From contig JBAZBX010000001.1 of assembly GCA_041671305.1 (NCBI GenBank), positions 40,821 to 104,820 of the forward strand: 64,000 bases of DNA, read 5' to 3'. The DNA comes from Patescibacteria group bacterium (GTDB lineage Bacteria; Patescibacteriota; Patescibacteriia; 2-01-FULL-39-33). The notes beneath the pieces were generated by a model. It worked only from the letters and a program-made list of their open reading frames with translations, was not told where the DNA came from and ran no database searches. Position 1 is the first letter of the stretch. Every line of letters starts with the position of its first letter. The position numbers and the translations under genes were made by a program. Of the stretch, positions 34,952 to 45,590 are shown piece by piece.

Positions 34952-37207
34952 ATGGAAAATTTCTCCACCAAAATAAGCAAGCTATCCTTAGAAGCCGATC
35001 CATCAGTAATCGGCGAGGCTTTTGTTGCAAAAACAGAAAGAAATTTAGCCAAAAACCTTGGTTTACTTTTTGGAGTTACTGATTTGTGCGATCTTCCGGA
35101 CGGCTTTGTGGATAAATTCACTGAGATGATTTCCGATCTTAAAACAGAATATTATCTGCCCCCATTTGATATTGAAGAAGGGTTGGAAAAAAGATTTGAG
35201 GAATGTCTGCAAAGAGCCAACAGAAGACTGAATAAAATAATCAACGAATCATTTGAGGAAATTAATCTTTCCGGCATTCATGCCATTATCGGACTTATCC
35301 ACAAGAACAAAATTTATTTGAGCCAGATAGGTCATATCAGCGCTTTCCTGTTCCACCAGAGGAAACAGTTTGATCGTATCATTATAGATATCCTGGGCGT
35401 TGGCGCTGACAAAAAAGCCAAGATAGACCATGAAAAAATGTTTTCTAATATTGTCAGCGGAGCCATAAGCGAAAAAGATGACATCATCATCTGCAATTCA
35501 AAAGTTTTGGAAGCTGTTTCGCAATATGATCTTCTTGGACTATTTTCCGAATCCCAGGCAGAAGAAGTCATTCCAGTCAAGCTGGAAAAACTCATTGAGT
35601 CAATCGGACAAAAAAGCAATTTTTATGCCATTATTATCCAACCTGATATTGAAGAAGTCACTCAGCAATCTACAGGATCGTTGCCTATAAACAAAAATAA
35701 TCAAGTTCCATCTCTCCCCTCGCAAAATTCCATAAATAAATTGCTCCGGACCCAAGAGAAAACCGAGAAATACTTGACCCCATCGCTCATGCCTTCATGG
35801 CAAAAAATTCTAATTCTACTAGGCCGAGGAATCAAAAAAACATCAATTTTTATTTGGAAATATCTCAAGATAGTTTTGATTTATATCAATAATTATGCGA
35901 GAAAGCTTTTTATAATAATTAAAAACAAATTATTCAAAAAATCCGCCGCCAAAGAGATTATGCCAATTATTCCTGGCGGAGCAAGCTCCCAAATAGAGCC
36001 CATGAAACCTAGTGAAAAATTTTCCGAAATTACTCAGCCTGATTTCCAACAAATGCCTGCCACCAACCCGCTAAACATAATTAGCAATTGGGTTAATGGG
36101 CAGATTGCCAAGATAATACGATTAAACAAACTTCAAAAAGCGCTGCTGATTTTGGCCTTAATCTTAATTTTTGCCTTCAGCGAAAGTATTGTTTGGATGG
36201 GACAAGCTTCTTCCAATAAAAAATCTCCCAACGATCCTCAAGTAATTTCCCTGCAGATTGAGGATAAATTAAGTCTCGCAGAGGCACAAAACATCTTCAA
36301 CGACGAAGTTGGCGCCAAAAGTTATCTGCAACAAGCCAGGGATTTACTGGCCAAAATACCAGAGAAAAAGAAATATCAATCCATGAGATCGGACTTGCTA
36401 AGCAAAATAGAAAAATTAAGCCAAACTATACAAAAAATATCCTATCTGGAAAATCCTCAATTAATAACTGACCTAACTGCCGATAACGCACAGATAAAAA
36501 GCATGGCTCTTTCCGGCAGAATCCTTTTTGTCTATGGCAACGGCAATCAAATATTGTATCAAATAGATTTGGACAAAAAACAAATTAATAAATCTAATAT
36601 TCCTCAAAATTTAAATATTATCAAAATTGCTTCTCTGGATGCCAAAAATTTAATTATATTGGACAATTCCGGTAATTTATTCAAATATACCCTCAAAGCA
36701 TCTACGACTGATCCACTACTTTCCGGAAGCGCCAGCGACGTCTCCCTCTATGCCGGCAAAATCTATATTCTTCAAAAAGACAAAAATCAAATCATCAAAT
36801 ATAGTCTAGTCAAAAATAAACTGTCCACTCCCAGTTCCCTTATCAAAAATAACTACAATCTTGCCAATACTTCAGCCATTTCTGCCACGGTAAGCGGTGT
36901 GTTGTCTTTTGACAATTCCGGCCAAATTAAATATTTCAAAAAGGGAATCCCCGATAACATGCCTTTTACAGTAATTGATCCGGCAGTCAAGCCTCCCGTC
37001 CAAATATATGGCGATTCAGCCGGATACATTTATCTACTGGATCAAACCAATAAAAAAGTAATTATATATGACAAAAAAGGCGAGTTAAAAGTTCAAATTA
37101 CTTCTACTCAATTTAATTCTTTGGATGGCATGGCCGTATCCGAGAAAGACAAGAAGATTTATCTTCTTTCCGGAAGCAAAATATTTGCCATCAATACTAA
37201 TTTATAA
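34952..37207 (+). CDS. Large hypothetical membrane-anchored protein (751 aa)
   Basis: Cytosolic N-terminal domain, a central TM (LLILALILIFAF), and a C-terminal region with a beta-rich repeat character. Confidence 0.45.
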   Translation: MENFSTKISKLSLEADPSVIGEAFVAKTERNLAKNLGLLFGVTDLCDLPDGFVDKFTEMISDLKTEYYLPPFDIEEGLEKRFEECLQRANRRLNKIINESFEEINLSGIHAIIGLIHKNKIYLSQIGHISAFLFHQRKQFDRIIIDILGVGADKKAKIDHEKMFSNIVSGAISEKDDIIICNSKVLEAVSQYDLLGLFSESQAEEVIPVKLEKLIESIGQKSNFYAIIIQPDIEEVTQQSTGSLPINKNNQVPSLPSQNSINKLLRTQEKTEKYLTPSLMPSWQKILILLGRGIKKTSIFIWKYLKIVLIYINNYARKLFIIIKNKLFKKSAAKEIMPIIPGGASSQIEPMKPSEKFSEITQPDFQQMPATNPLNIISNWVNGQIAKIIRLNKLQKALLILALILIFAFSESIVWMGQASSNKKSPNDPQVISLQIEDKLSLAEAQNIFNDEVGAKSYLQQARDLLAKIPEKKKYQSMRSDLLSKIEKLSQTIQKISYLENPQLITDLTADNAQIKSMALSGRILFVYGNGNQILYQIDLDKKQINKSNIPQNLNIIKIASLDAKNLIILDNSGNLFKYTLKASTTDPLLSGSASDVSLYAGKIYILQKDKNQIIKYSLVKNKLSTPSSLIKNNYNLANTSAISATVSGVLSFDNSGQIKYFKKGIPDNMPFTVIDPAVKPPVQIYGDSAGYIYLLDQTNKKVIIYDKKGELKVQITSTQFNSLDGMAVSEKDKKIYLLSGSKIFAINTNL

Positions 37208-37214
37208 ATTTCTC

Positions 37215-37254
37215 ATAAAAAAATTCCCTCGGATATCCGAGGGAATTTTTTTAC
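37215..37254. terminator. Bidirectional terminator
   Basis: ATTCCCTCGGAT / ATCCGAGGGAAT perfect hairpin flanked by A- and T-runs, between convergent genes. Confidence 0.75.
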
Positions 37255-37277
37255 TTCAGCAATATAGAGTAATTTCC

Positions 37278-37673
37278 TTATTTCAAAGTAACTGTAGCGC
37301 CAGCGGTTTCCAATTCTTTCTTGATCTTTTCTGCTTCTTCTTTCTTTACGCCTTCTCTTACTACTTTTGGAGCTCCATCAACCAAATCCTTGGCTTCTTT
37401 GAGGCCAAGTTCAGTAATAGTTCTGACTGCCTTAATAACAGCAATCTTGTTGGCTCCGGCATTGGTGATTTCAATATCAAAGAAATCTTTTTCCTCTGCG
37501 GCTTCAGCAGCTCCGCCAGCAGCAGCCATCATGACAGGGGCAGCAGCAGAAACACCAAACTTTTCTTCCAACACCTTAACTAATTCAGCCAAATCAACGA
37601 CTGAAAGCTTATCAATTTGTTCCACCAAAGATTTGAACTTTTCTGGAACAATAACTTCTTTTTGTTCGTCCAT
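37278..37673 (-). CDS. rplL: 50S ribosomal protein L7/L12
   Basis: [13 protein letters not shown]...[20 protein letters not shown]...[14 protein letters not shown]. Confidence 0.95.
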   Translation of the reverse strand: MDEQKEVIVPEKFKSLVEQIDKLSVVDLAELVKVLEEKFGVSAAAPVMMAAAGGAAEAAEEKDFFDIEITNAGANKIAVIKAVRTITELGLKEAKDLVDGAPKVVREGVKKEEAEKIKKELETAGATVTLK

Positions 37674-37709
37674 ATTATTGTTTTATTTTAAATTTGTTAA
37701 TTAATTCTA

Positions 37710-38213
37710 TTAAACGGCTTGTCCTTCTTTGCTTTCTTTAATTGCATTTATAACTCTCACGATGCCCGACAAAGGATTGGAAAGGCAACCAACGAGTTTT
37801 GACAAAAGTTCTTTTCTGGAAGGAATCTTGGATAATTCCGTTACTTTTACAGCATCAATATAATTACCTTCAAAAATACCGCCAATAAACTTCAATTTGT
37901 TGTTCTCCTTGGCAAGTCCTGCTACGATTCTAGCTGGAGCAATCTCGTCTTCATAACCGAAAACGGTTGCGATTTCTCCTGATAGTTCTTGACTATCTAT
38001 CTCAGAAATACCTCTTTTCTTCAAAACATTTTTGAGTAAGGTCTTTTTGGTGGCCATATACTCAGCGCCCTCATCACGGCATTTATTTCTCAAAACATCT
38101 ATTTCTTTGACTGGAATTCCGGAATAATTGATGAAAACTGCGGATTTCATTTTTTCCGCCTTTTCCTCCAAAGAACCGATAATGGCAGCCTTTTTGGATC
38201 TTGTTTTTGGCAT
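37710..38213 (-). CDS. rplJ: 50S ribosomal protein L10
   Basis: L10 fold signature and position immediately upstream of rplL. Confidence 0.9.
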   Translation of the reverse strand: MPKTRSKKAAIIGSLEEKAEKMKSAVFINYSGIPVKEIDVLRNKCRDEGAEYMATKKTLLKNVLKKRGISEIDSQELSGEIATVFGYEDEIAPARIVAGLAKENNKLKFIGGIFEGNYIDAVKVTELSKIPSRKELLSKLVGCLSNPLSGIVRVINAIKESKEGQAV

Positions 38214-38397
38214 ATTTGTAATAATTAAAATTACGAATTAATAATTGAAAAAATAAAAACTGTGGTTTTCCACAGGGTAAAATAGCTAAATCTAGCTAAT
38301 TCCTCGGTAGGTCTTATGTCTTTAATGACGCCTACTGTCTGTGGAAAATTAAGTTATGCATAAATTATAACAAAATATAAAGAAAAGTCAACATTTA

Positions 38398-38961
38398 TTA
38401 TCCAATGGTTTGTTCGCTGAACTTTATTACACTATATTTATAAAATTCTATCCCTTCTTCCAAATAAGCATTTTCCTCCAATCCAGCCTTAAGGCAAAGA
38501 CTCTTAATAAACTCTTCCTTGGGCGACATAGCCTTAGCGAAGTCGGCCCACACCTGAGGCAAATAAGTTGCTCCATTAAGCCCGCTTTTTATAACTACGC
38601 CATCTCCCGTTCCAATATCATCAAAAGCTGTCCTTTCCAATTCGCTCAAAATAGAAATTTCAATATTAATATCCCCCAACTCCCCTCTTTCAATCGGATC
38701 AAAACGGGAATCTTTGGCAGCCGATATGGTGTTATCCCTTACAGCCAACATCAACGGCTCAATCGGTTCAGTGTAACCGATGCATCCTCTGAGATCGCCG
38801 TTTTTAGTAAGCGTCACAAACACTCCCATTTTTTCCCATAATTTAGAATTGACGGTCTGAGGTTCACACCTCTCACCCTCAGTGACAAACTTTTCCAGCG
38901 TTGTCCTGGCAATTTTGAGCAAAAATTCCTTTTCCCCTCTAGTAAAATAATCCTCTGTCAT
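38398..38961 (-). CDS. AMMECR1-domain protein
   Basis: Conserved LRGCIGY motif; 187 aa. Confidence 0.75.
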   Translation of the reverse strand: MTEDYFTRGEKEFLLKIARTTLEKFVTEGERCEPQTVNSKLWEKMGVFVTLTKNGDLRGCIGYTEPIEPLMLAVRDNTISAAKDSRFDPIERGELGDINIEISILSELERTAFDDIGTGDGVVIKSGLNGATYLPQVWADFAKAMSPKEEFIKSLCLKAGLEENAYLEEGIEFYKYSVIKFSEQTIG

Positions 38962-38965
38962 AATA

Positions 38966-39967
38966 TTATTCTAAATATTTTGCAATATTCAATTTATGCT
39001 GTTCAAATGTCTTGGCAAATACTGCATGTCCGCCCTCATCAGTCAAGAAATAATAATAATCATTTTTAATCGGATAAAGCGCGGCAGAAATAGAGCTGAG
39101 TCCTGGACTAGAAATAGGCCCAGGCGTAAGTCCACGGTATTTATAGGTATTGTATGGAGAATCTGTTTCTAGATCCGCACCGCTAGGACGCAAAGAACTT
39201 TTTTTGGTCACATAATTTACCGTAGCATCAGATTGCAAACCCATACCGATATCAATCCTCTTCCAAAAAATATCTGAAACCATTTTTCTATCCTGAGCAA
39301 ATTTAGCTTCTCTTTCAATAATTGAAGCCATAGTTACTATCTCAAAAATACTCTTATTTTGTGATAAAGCGTCATTTCTCATGCTAGCGCTAAACTTATG
39401 ATCAAAATTATCCAACATCTTGACGACAATATCATCCGCCGTTGCATCTTCAAAAATTCTATATGTATCTGGGAATAAAAATCCTTCAACCGTATCTCCC
39501 TTAACATCTTTCAAAAAATCATATTTATTCTTCCAGTTTTTCAGCTTAACTGCATTTATAAAATCGGAACTAGATACTATTGCCTGCTTATCTAGATAAT
39601 TTGCCATATCTACAATTGTCCAACCTTCAATAATAGTAATAGTTTTCTCTTTTGATAAATTTCTACTACTATTTAATTCATCCAAAACCGCAACGATACT
39701 CATATTTTTGGACAAAGGATGTTCTCCGGCGACGATTTTCCTCTTTTGCGCGATCAGAGAATACCATTTGAAAGATAATTTATTATCAATAATTCCAGCG
39801 TCTTTTAATTTATCCGCAACTTTTTGAATGCCGTCTCCTTTATCAATTTTAAATATTACTTTCTGCGCGCTGCCTGATTTGGGCTGATATGCCGGAATTA
39901 AAACAAAAAACGCTGCCAAAGAGATTAGCAGTATCAAAATTACAATAGTTGTTATGAATTTCCGCAT
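38966..39967 (-). CDS. mltG: Endolytic murein transglycosylase (YceG family)
   Basis: N-terminal TM and a YceG-like domain ending ...YYYFLTDEGGHAVFAKTFEQH. Confidence 0.8.
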   Translation of the reverse strand: MRKFITTIVILILLISLAAFFVLIPAYQPKSGSAQKVIFKIDKGDGIQKVADKLKDAGIIDNKLSFKWYSLIAQKRKIVAGEHPLSKNMSIVAVLDELNSSRNLSKEKTITIIEGWTIVDMANYLDKQAIVSSSDFINAVKLKNWKNKYDFLKDVKGDTVEGFLFPDTYRIFEDATADDIVVKMLDNFDHKFSASMRNDALSQNKSIFEIVTMASIIEREAKFAQDRKMVSDIFWKRIDIGMGLQSDATVNYVTKKSSLRPSGADLETDSPYNTYKYRGLTPGPISSPGLSSISAALYPIKNDYYYFLTDEGGHAVFAKTFEQHKLNIAKYLE

Positions 39968-40043
39968 ATTTATATTTTAATTATAGCAATAGCGTTTTAT
40001 TATAACAAGCCCTTGAATATGTTATAATTAATATTAGTAATTT

Positions 40044-40811
40044 ATGGACAAACTTCAAAAAATATTTTTGGTCATCGTTATTTCACTCGTCGCATTCAAA
40101 GCCATTATCGGTTTTGGCATATTTTTCTATCCTCTCTCTACTGCCAGCAACAATATTGAAGTCAGCTCCAAGGAGCTTATCAATTTGACAAATCAATACC
40201 GCATCAATAGAGGGCTCAAGCCATTGGCCCAAAACCCGCGGCTGACTCAGGCAGCTCTCAATCATGCCAATGATCTTCTGACCAAAAACTATTTTGATCA
40301 TACCTCACCTGACGGCCGTAAGTTTTCTCAGTGGATAAATGATGTCAATTACAAATATTTTTATGTCGGCGAGAATCTAGCTATTGATTTTGATGACGAT
40401 AAGCGCGCTTTTCAAGCTTGGGTGGACAGCCCGGAACATCTGGCAAATCTTGAGAAACCGCAATATCAAGAAATAGGCATTGCGGTAGTTAAAGGAGAAA
40501 TGAAAGGACAAGACACTACCGTCATGGTACAAATGTTCGGATCAAGAGTCATGGGCGCGAATGAAGAGAATAATTATAATTTTTCAGGTAGCTCAGGTAG
40601 CGTCGCTCAAAATTATTTCTACCCGGAAAACGGCCTTGAAAAATACCTTGAACCAAAAAATCTTCAAAAGTTAAACATTATAAATGATTTTCTGCTGATA
40701 ATTTTCATTATTCTAGTACTAATTGCCTACAAACCTCTGAAAAGAAAAAACCAACCGAGTATAAAAAGTCCCATGACTAGACGATACCAGGCAAAAACAT
40801 TCAAAGAATGA
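40044..40811 (+). CDS. CAP (SCP/PR-1, YkwD-like) domain protein, membrane anchored
   Basis: NQYRINRGLKPL...HANDLLTKNYFDHTSPDG...GENLA CAP motifs; TM at both ends. Confidence 0.65.
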   Translation: MDKLQKIFLVIVISLVAFKAIIGFGIFFYPLSTASNNIEVSSKELINLTNQYRINRGLKPLAQNPRLTQAALNHANDLLTKNYFDHTSPDGRKFSQWINDVNYKYFYVGENLAIDFDDDKRAFQAWVDSPEHLANLEKPQYQEIGIAVVKGEMKGQDTTVMVQMFGSRVMGANEENNYNFSGSSGSVAQNYFYPENGLEKYLEPKNLQKLNIINDFLLIIFIILVLIAYKPLKRKNQPSIKSPMTRRYQAKTFKE

Positions 40812-41557
40812 TTACCGAGGAATTTCATTAGAAACTTGATAGAGAAATATCCGGTTATGGCCGCGGAAAGAAAACCTATAATCAAAATCATTATAGGAAT
40901 TTGGAACCAATCCGTGACATCCAAAAATGACTTAAGTCCCGCTCCCAAAATTACTGGAACCGAAAGCAAAAAAGAAAATCTAGCCGCCTCTGATCTTTTT
41001 AAATTTCTCCACAAACCTGTTATAATAGTAATACCTGATCTTGAAGTTCCAGGAATTAGTGCCAACGCTTGAGCGCAACCAAGAATAAAAGAATCAACCT
41101 TGGTCATTTCTCGCAAGTCTTTCTGTTGAGTGGCATATTTTTCCACTACCCAGAATAGAATTGCCACGCCGATAAGCATAAAAGCGACCACAAGTGGAGC
41201 AATGGAGTTATTGTGCAAAGTATTGGTGATAAAATGATCAAAAGTAAATCCAAGAATTCCCGCGGGAATCGTGCCGATAATAACCATCCAAGACAAGCGC
41301 TGATTAAAATTATTGGATAAATTAAAATTTACCAGACTAGAAAAAAATCCGCGAATAATCTTGATAATATCTTTGTAAAAAACCAGTAAGATTGCTACCA
41401 GACTTCCAAGGTGCAGTACCACGTCAAATAAAACATTATCCGGAAGATTAAAATTAAACATATCGTGAAATATCACCAAATGCCCGGAACTGGATATTGG
41501 CAGAAATTCAGTTATGCCCTGGATAGCGCCCGCCAAGATGGCAAAAAGATAACTCAT
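40727..41557 (-). CDS. uppP: Undecaprenyl-diphosphatase
   Basis: BacA family; GITEFLPISSSGHL and PGTSRSG motifs; 276 aa. Confidence 0.9.
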   Translation of the reverse strand: MSYLFAILAGAIQGITEFLPISSSGHLVIFHDMFNFNLPDNVLFDVVLHLGSLVAILLVFYKDIIKIIRGFFSSLVNFNLSNNFNQRLSWMVIIGTIPAGILGFTFDHFITNTLHNNSIAPLVVAFMLIGVAILFWVVEKYATQQKDLREMTKVDSFILGCAQALALIPGTSRSGITIITGLWRNLKRSEAARFSFLLSVPVILGAGLKSFLDVTDWFQIPIMILIIGFLSAAITGYFSIKFLMKFLGNHSLNVFAWYRLVMGLFILGWFFLFRGL

Positions 41558-41582
41558 ATTTATTATTAATAATATTTATTAA

Positions 41583-42020
41583 ATGTATCAATTAATCATC
41601 ATCCCGATTGTGGTCGGAGCCATAACCCAGATTATTAAGCTCATTATTGATGGTATACCAAATAACTTAAATTGGCAACATATCTACAACGACTACGGCG
41701 GTATGCCTTCATCTCATACTGCGTTTGTCGTTTCCCTGGTCACGGCCGTGGGTTTTCGTGAAGGATTAGATAGTGCTGCTTTTGCCATTGCTCTCATTTT
41801 GATGTTAATTGTAGTTCGGGATGCCATCGGATTTAGGAGAGAAATCGGAAGAAACGCCACGATGACGAATTTGCTGGCCAAAGAGGTTTTCAAAAGCAAA
41901 AAAGTTCTTGTCCCTCATCTGCGCGAAAGAATCGGTCACAGCATACCGGAAGTAATTGCCGGCGCCTTGCTCGGATTTTCTCTGACTTCCATCTTATATT
42001 TAGTCTTTTTCTTTCAATAA
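41583..42020 (+). CDS. Divergent PAP2-family (DUF212) membrane protein
   Basis: YGGMPSSHTA motif. Confidence 0.65.
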   Translation: MYQLIIIPIVVGAITQIIKLIIDGIPNNLNWQHIYNDYGGMPSSHTAFVVSLVTAVGFREGLDSAAFAIALILMLIVVRDAIGFRREIGRNATMTNLLAKEVFKSKKVLVPHLRERIGHSIPEVIAGALLGFSLTSILYLVFFFQ

Positions 42021-42256
42021 ACCTCTATTCTTGACTTTTTTAATATTTTGTATAAAATAGAGAACGGCGGTTATATTTTAAAAGGACAGAAACGCAATCC
42101 CAGCGAGGGACCCAAAAAACTCAAACGAGCAAATCTCAGCCACAAATACTGAGCAGCCTCAGCTGAGTCAAGGGACCCACCTATTGAGGAAACGGTTTCT
42201 CGTCTTTTAAAAATATAACCCCTTTTTCATTTGAACTTCAAAACCGAGTAATTTTT

Positions 42257-43123
42257 TTATTTCTGGCAATCTTCACAAAAAAATGTTCCTCGGCCGTTCA
42301 ACTTGATTCTCTTGATTGTTCCTTTCTTGCATCTCTTGCATTTCTGTCCGTGTCTCTGATAAACATTTAAATATTCTACCATGGCGCCCTTGCTGCCATC
42401 AGTGGTGACATAAGTATTGGATGACGTTCCTTTCTTGCTGATAGAAAATTTCAAAACTTCTGGAATACAAGTAAAAAACGCCTTAATCTCTTTGGCGGTT
42501 AAACTAGAAACTTTTCGCATCGGCAAAACTTTGGCACAGAAACAAATCTCATCATTATAAATATTTCCGATTCCGGCGATAAGCGACTGATCAAGCAGAA
42601 CCTGTTTTATCTTCCTGTTCGGATATCTGCCAATTATCTCTCTAAAATTATCCAAAGTGAATTCACGCGATAACGGCTCCAAGCCGTATTTTTTTGTCTC
42701 TATTTTTAATTCTTCACTGTCCACTAATTTCATCCAACCGAATTTACGGATGTCATTAAAAAATAACTTGGAACCATTCTTAAATTTAAGAGTGATGTGC
42801 GAAAATTTGTTCGGAAGTTTTCCAATATCCCCTATCGGATGTCCGCCTACTATTATTTTTCCGTCCTTTGCCGGCTGATAAATCAATTGGCCGGTCATCT
42901 TCAGATGAATCAAAAGATAATTTCCATCACTTAGATCCCAAATCATCATCTTGCCACGCCTTTCTAATTTGATAATTTTCTGGCCTTTTAACTTTTTGGC
43001 AAAATCTAAAAAGGGCAGATTTATCATTCTACCCACCTTCACTTCAATACTGCTTATGATATGATTCCTAATTTTCGCCTGCAGTTCCCGATTAATTGTT
43101 TCCACTTCTGGGAGTTCCGGCAT
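42257..43123 (-). CDS. mutM: Formamidopyrimidine-DNA glycosylase
   Basis: N-terminal MPELPEVE with catalytic Pro2/Glu3, an H2TH domain, and a C-terminal CxxC...CxxC zinc finger. Confidence 0.85.
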   Translation of the reverse strand: MPELPEVETINRELQAKIRNHIISSIEVKVGRMINLPFLDFAKKLKGQKIIKLERRGKMMIWDLSDGNYLLIHLKMTGQLIYQPAKDGKIIVGGHPIGDIGKLPNKFSHITLKFKNGSKLFFNDIRKFGWMKLVDSEELKIETKKYGLEPLSREFTLDNFREIIGRYPNRKIKQVLLDQSLIAGIGNIYNDEICFCAKVLPMRKVSSLTAKEIKAFFTCIPEVLKFSISKKGTSSNTYVTTDGSKGAMVEYLNVYQRHGQKCKRCKKGTIKRIKLNGRGTFFCEDCQK

Positions 43124-43133
43124 AATACTTAAA

Positions 43134-43313
43134 TTAATTTAATTTTAAAGCCCCCATGGGACAAAACTGAACGCATTGTCCGCACTCTATGCACTTATCA
43201 TAATTAATAATCGGCAGACCATGTCCAACCTGAGAAATGGCTCCAACCGGACAAACTGTGATTGCCGGACAAACGTGGTTTTGCGGACATAAATTTTTAT
43301 CTACTGTTATCAT
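43134..43313 (-). CDS. Small 4Fe-4S ferredoxin-like protein (59 aa), not in the ORF track
   Basis: MITVDKNLCPQNHVCPAITVCP...CIECGQCVQFCP has two Cys clusters, the second a canonical CxxCxxCxxxCP. Confidence 0.45.
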   Translation of the reverse strand: MITVDKNLCPQNHVCPAITVCPVGAISQVGHGLPIINYDKCIECGQCVQFCPMGALKLN

Positions 43314-43329
43314 ATTTTAAATTCAATAT

Positions 43330-43677
43330 TTAAATCTCTTCCTCTTTTTTACTATAGCCTCCAACAACGATATTACCCAGTCCAGCATCGCTTAAGGCTT
43401 CAACAACCCTTAGACGGTTGGGATCTTCCCACTTTTCAAAACCGTTAGTAAATGAAATTTTCAAGCCAGACCCCGTATCATATGAATACCTAATGCCATC
43501 ACAACCATCGGAAACTAAGGGGGTAGCAAACTCTTCCATATATTCTTTTTTTAATAATCTATCGGTTACATCGAAACCCAGGCCCCTAATTATCTCGGCC
43601 GCCTGCAATAACTTTTGCCAAGCTTCTTCTTTTTTTTCCTCCACTTCTAAATTTTTTAAAATTCTAGATTCATTCAT
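43330..43677 (-). CDS. Hypothetical protein
   Basis: 115-aa ORF with no recognizable motif. Confidence 0.35.
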   Translation of the reverse strand: MNESRILKNLEVEEKKEEAWQKLLQAAEIIRGLGFDVTDRLLKKEYMEEFATPLVSDGCDGIRYSYDTGSGLKISFTNGFEKWEDPNRLRVVEALSDAGLGNIVVGGYSKKEEEI

Positions 43678-43700
43678 AGATATATCTATTATTGATTATT

Positions 43701-44219
43701 TTATAATAAATTATCAACCTGGATTAAATCATAATTCTCAACTGATTCATCTTCCCTGAATAAAAATTTCCCCTTGAATTTCTTACCCTGCAATAGCAAC
43801 GGCATCCAATATGGATCATCAGTCCACATATCCGTAAAAGGAATATCATCAATACGAAACCACTGGGGCTTCATCTCCTCTGATTCAACCAAATCTCCGC
43901 TGAACTTATCCACTCGGAAAACATGAACAATTATAATTTCCTTAAAATGGTCGGCATCAAATTCCAATACGCCAACCTTCTCCATTTCACTTATTTCCAA
44001 TCCGCATTCTTCCCTCATCTCCCTTACTGTCGCTTCCTCAATAGTTTCATCTTCTTTGACCTTTCCACCAAAACCATTCCACCTACCTTCTCCAAATCCC
44101 CGTTTCTTCATGCCAAGCAAAATTTCTGGATGATTGTAAACCAGGCATAGTGTTGTTTGCTTCTTGGGCTTAGAATATTCCATATGTTGCGGACATGAGC
44201 TTTTGTCTACAATTATCAT
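43701..44219 (-). CDS. NUDIX hydrolase
   Basis: Nudix box GGKVKEDETIEEATVREMREECG. Confidence 0.75.
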   Translation of the reverse strand: MIIVDKSSCPQHMEYSKPKKQTTLCLVYNHPEILLGMKKRGFGEGRWNGFGGKVKEDETIEEATVREMREECGLEISEMEKVGVLEFDADHFKEIIIVHVFRVDKFSGDLVESEEMKPQWFRIDDIPFTDMWTDDPYWMPLLLQGKKFKGKFLFREDESVENYDLIQVDNLL

Positions 44220-44222
44220 ATT

Positions 44223-44825
44223 TCAATTTTGATTTCTTTTAATCAAGCCGTCAAATTTAAATTCTATATAATCCAACATTTTAATTCCTTTCAGGGCATA
44301 AATCTGCGAGGCGGAAAAAATCTTTTTGTCTTCCGGATTTAAACCCAAAAGTTTTATTCCTCTATCCACATTTTCCCACGAGCTGGATTCTATTTCCAAA
44401 AAAGGATCCAGAGCCGGCATCAAGTCAATATCAAATTCTATCTCATCCAAAATATACCTAATGCGCCTTTTTTCTTCATAAAATTTAATCATCAATCCCA
44501 GAGAAAGAAAAATATCGCTTGTCCTGTCAAAATTATCAACGACTACTTCCAATTCCTCCATGCCCTGATCATTGACTCCGGCTACCTGAGAAACTCCCAG
44601 TCTCCTTTTGAAAGCTACCGTGACTTTGTCACCCTCATCTCTTAATCTTAGCCATGATTTACGATCATTCAAGCGTAAATCGGGATAATCAAAAATCCTG
44701 ATTTTATAAATTTTATCAAAAACCTTTTTGGCGCCGATATTTTTCAGCTTGGCCTCTATTTCTTCTATATTGATGTTGAGAAATTTTACTTCAATCTCTT
44801 CCATAATTTTATTTATTTTCTTCAA
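44223..44825 (-). CDS. CYTH-domain protein (class IV adenylate cyclase / triphosphatase-like)
   Basis: N-terminal EIEVKFLNI motif typical of the CYTH family. Confidence 0.55.
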   Translation of the reverse strand: MKKINKIMEEIEVKFLNINIEEIEAKLKNIGAKKVFDKIYKIRIFDYPDLRLNDRKSWLRLRDEGDKVTVAFKRRLGVSQVAGVNDQGMEELEVVVDNFDRTSDIFLSLGLMIKFYEEKRRIRYILDEIEFDIDLMPALDPFLEIESSSWENVDRGIKLLGLNPEDKKIFSASQIYALKGIKMLDYIEFKFDGLIKRNQN

Positions 44826-45057
44826 CGTACTTAAATCTCGGGCTCCTTCGTCCTAAATATTCCACCTCGTCAAAAAATTCATCCAGTGGCCTAGCCCAAT
44901 AATTATGCTCTCCATATTGCGCTTGATAAATCACCATTTCCTGCAAAGTCTCGCTATGAAAAGCCACGCCAATAACACGATACCTTCCGCCTTTATAATG
45001 TTCATAAATCCCAAGCTTCAAGCCCTTTGCTTGGTCTGATAATTTTATATCGCTCAT
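44809..45057 (-). CDS. DUF1653-family protein
   Basis: YEHYKGGRYRVIGVA...MVIYQ pattern. Confidence 0.55.
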   Translation of the reverse strand: MSDIKLSDQAKGLKLGIYEHYKGGRYRVIGVAFHSETLQEMVIYQAQYGEHNYWARPLDEFFDEVEYLGRRSPRFKYVEENK

Positions 45058-45062
45058 ATTAT

Positions 45063-45575
45063 TTATTCTTTAAAAAGCTTAATTGTTTTAATCACTTCAT
45101 CTTGAATTCCGCCAATACAATCATAATTTTTTACTTCATCTTCATTGACCCAAACAAAATTAGTAAAGCCATCCTCCTCCAACTTTACCTCTCCGCTTTT
45201 ATACTTCATCGCCAATTTTACCATGGCAACAGGAGTTTCATCCGGCCGAATGAAAGCATTGCTATTGATGAAAATCGGCGTTCCATAAATTTCTATACCG
45301 GCTTCTTCCATTACCTCGCGCTCCAATAATTTTTCTACCGTACCCTCAAAATCCAACACCTCGCCATTTATTCTTCCTGGATTATTTATGTCCAAATCAC
45401 TCCAATCCAATTTTCCGCCAGGTACGCAATATTTGCCAGGATGAACTTTTTCATTTTCACTGCGTTTTAAGATCAAACATCTCGCGTCGTCTTCGCGATA
45501 GATGACAACATTAGCTACAAAATAAAAAAGATGATTGATTTTTGCATTATCAATGCTTATTTTAGTAGCTGGCAT
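45063..45575 (-). CDS. NUDIX hydrolase
   Basis: Nudix box GGKLDW...VEKLLEREVMEEAGIEI. Confidence 0.75.
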   Translation of the reverse strand: MPATKISIDNAKINHLFYFVANVVIYREDDARCLILKRSENEKVHPGKYCVPGGKLDWSDLDINNPGRINGEVLDFEGTVEKLLEREVMEEAGIEIYGTPIFINSNAFIRPDETPVAMVKLAMKYKSGEVKLEEDGFTNFVWVNEDEVKNYDCIGGIQDEVIKTIKLFKE

Positions 45576-45590
45576 AATATTAATTTTTAT

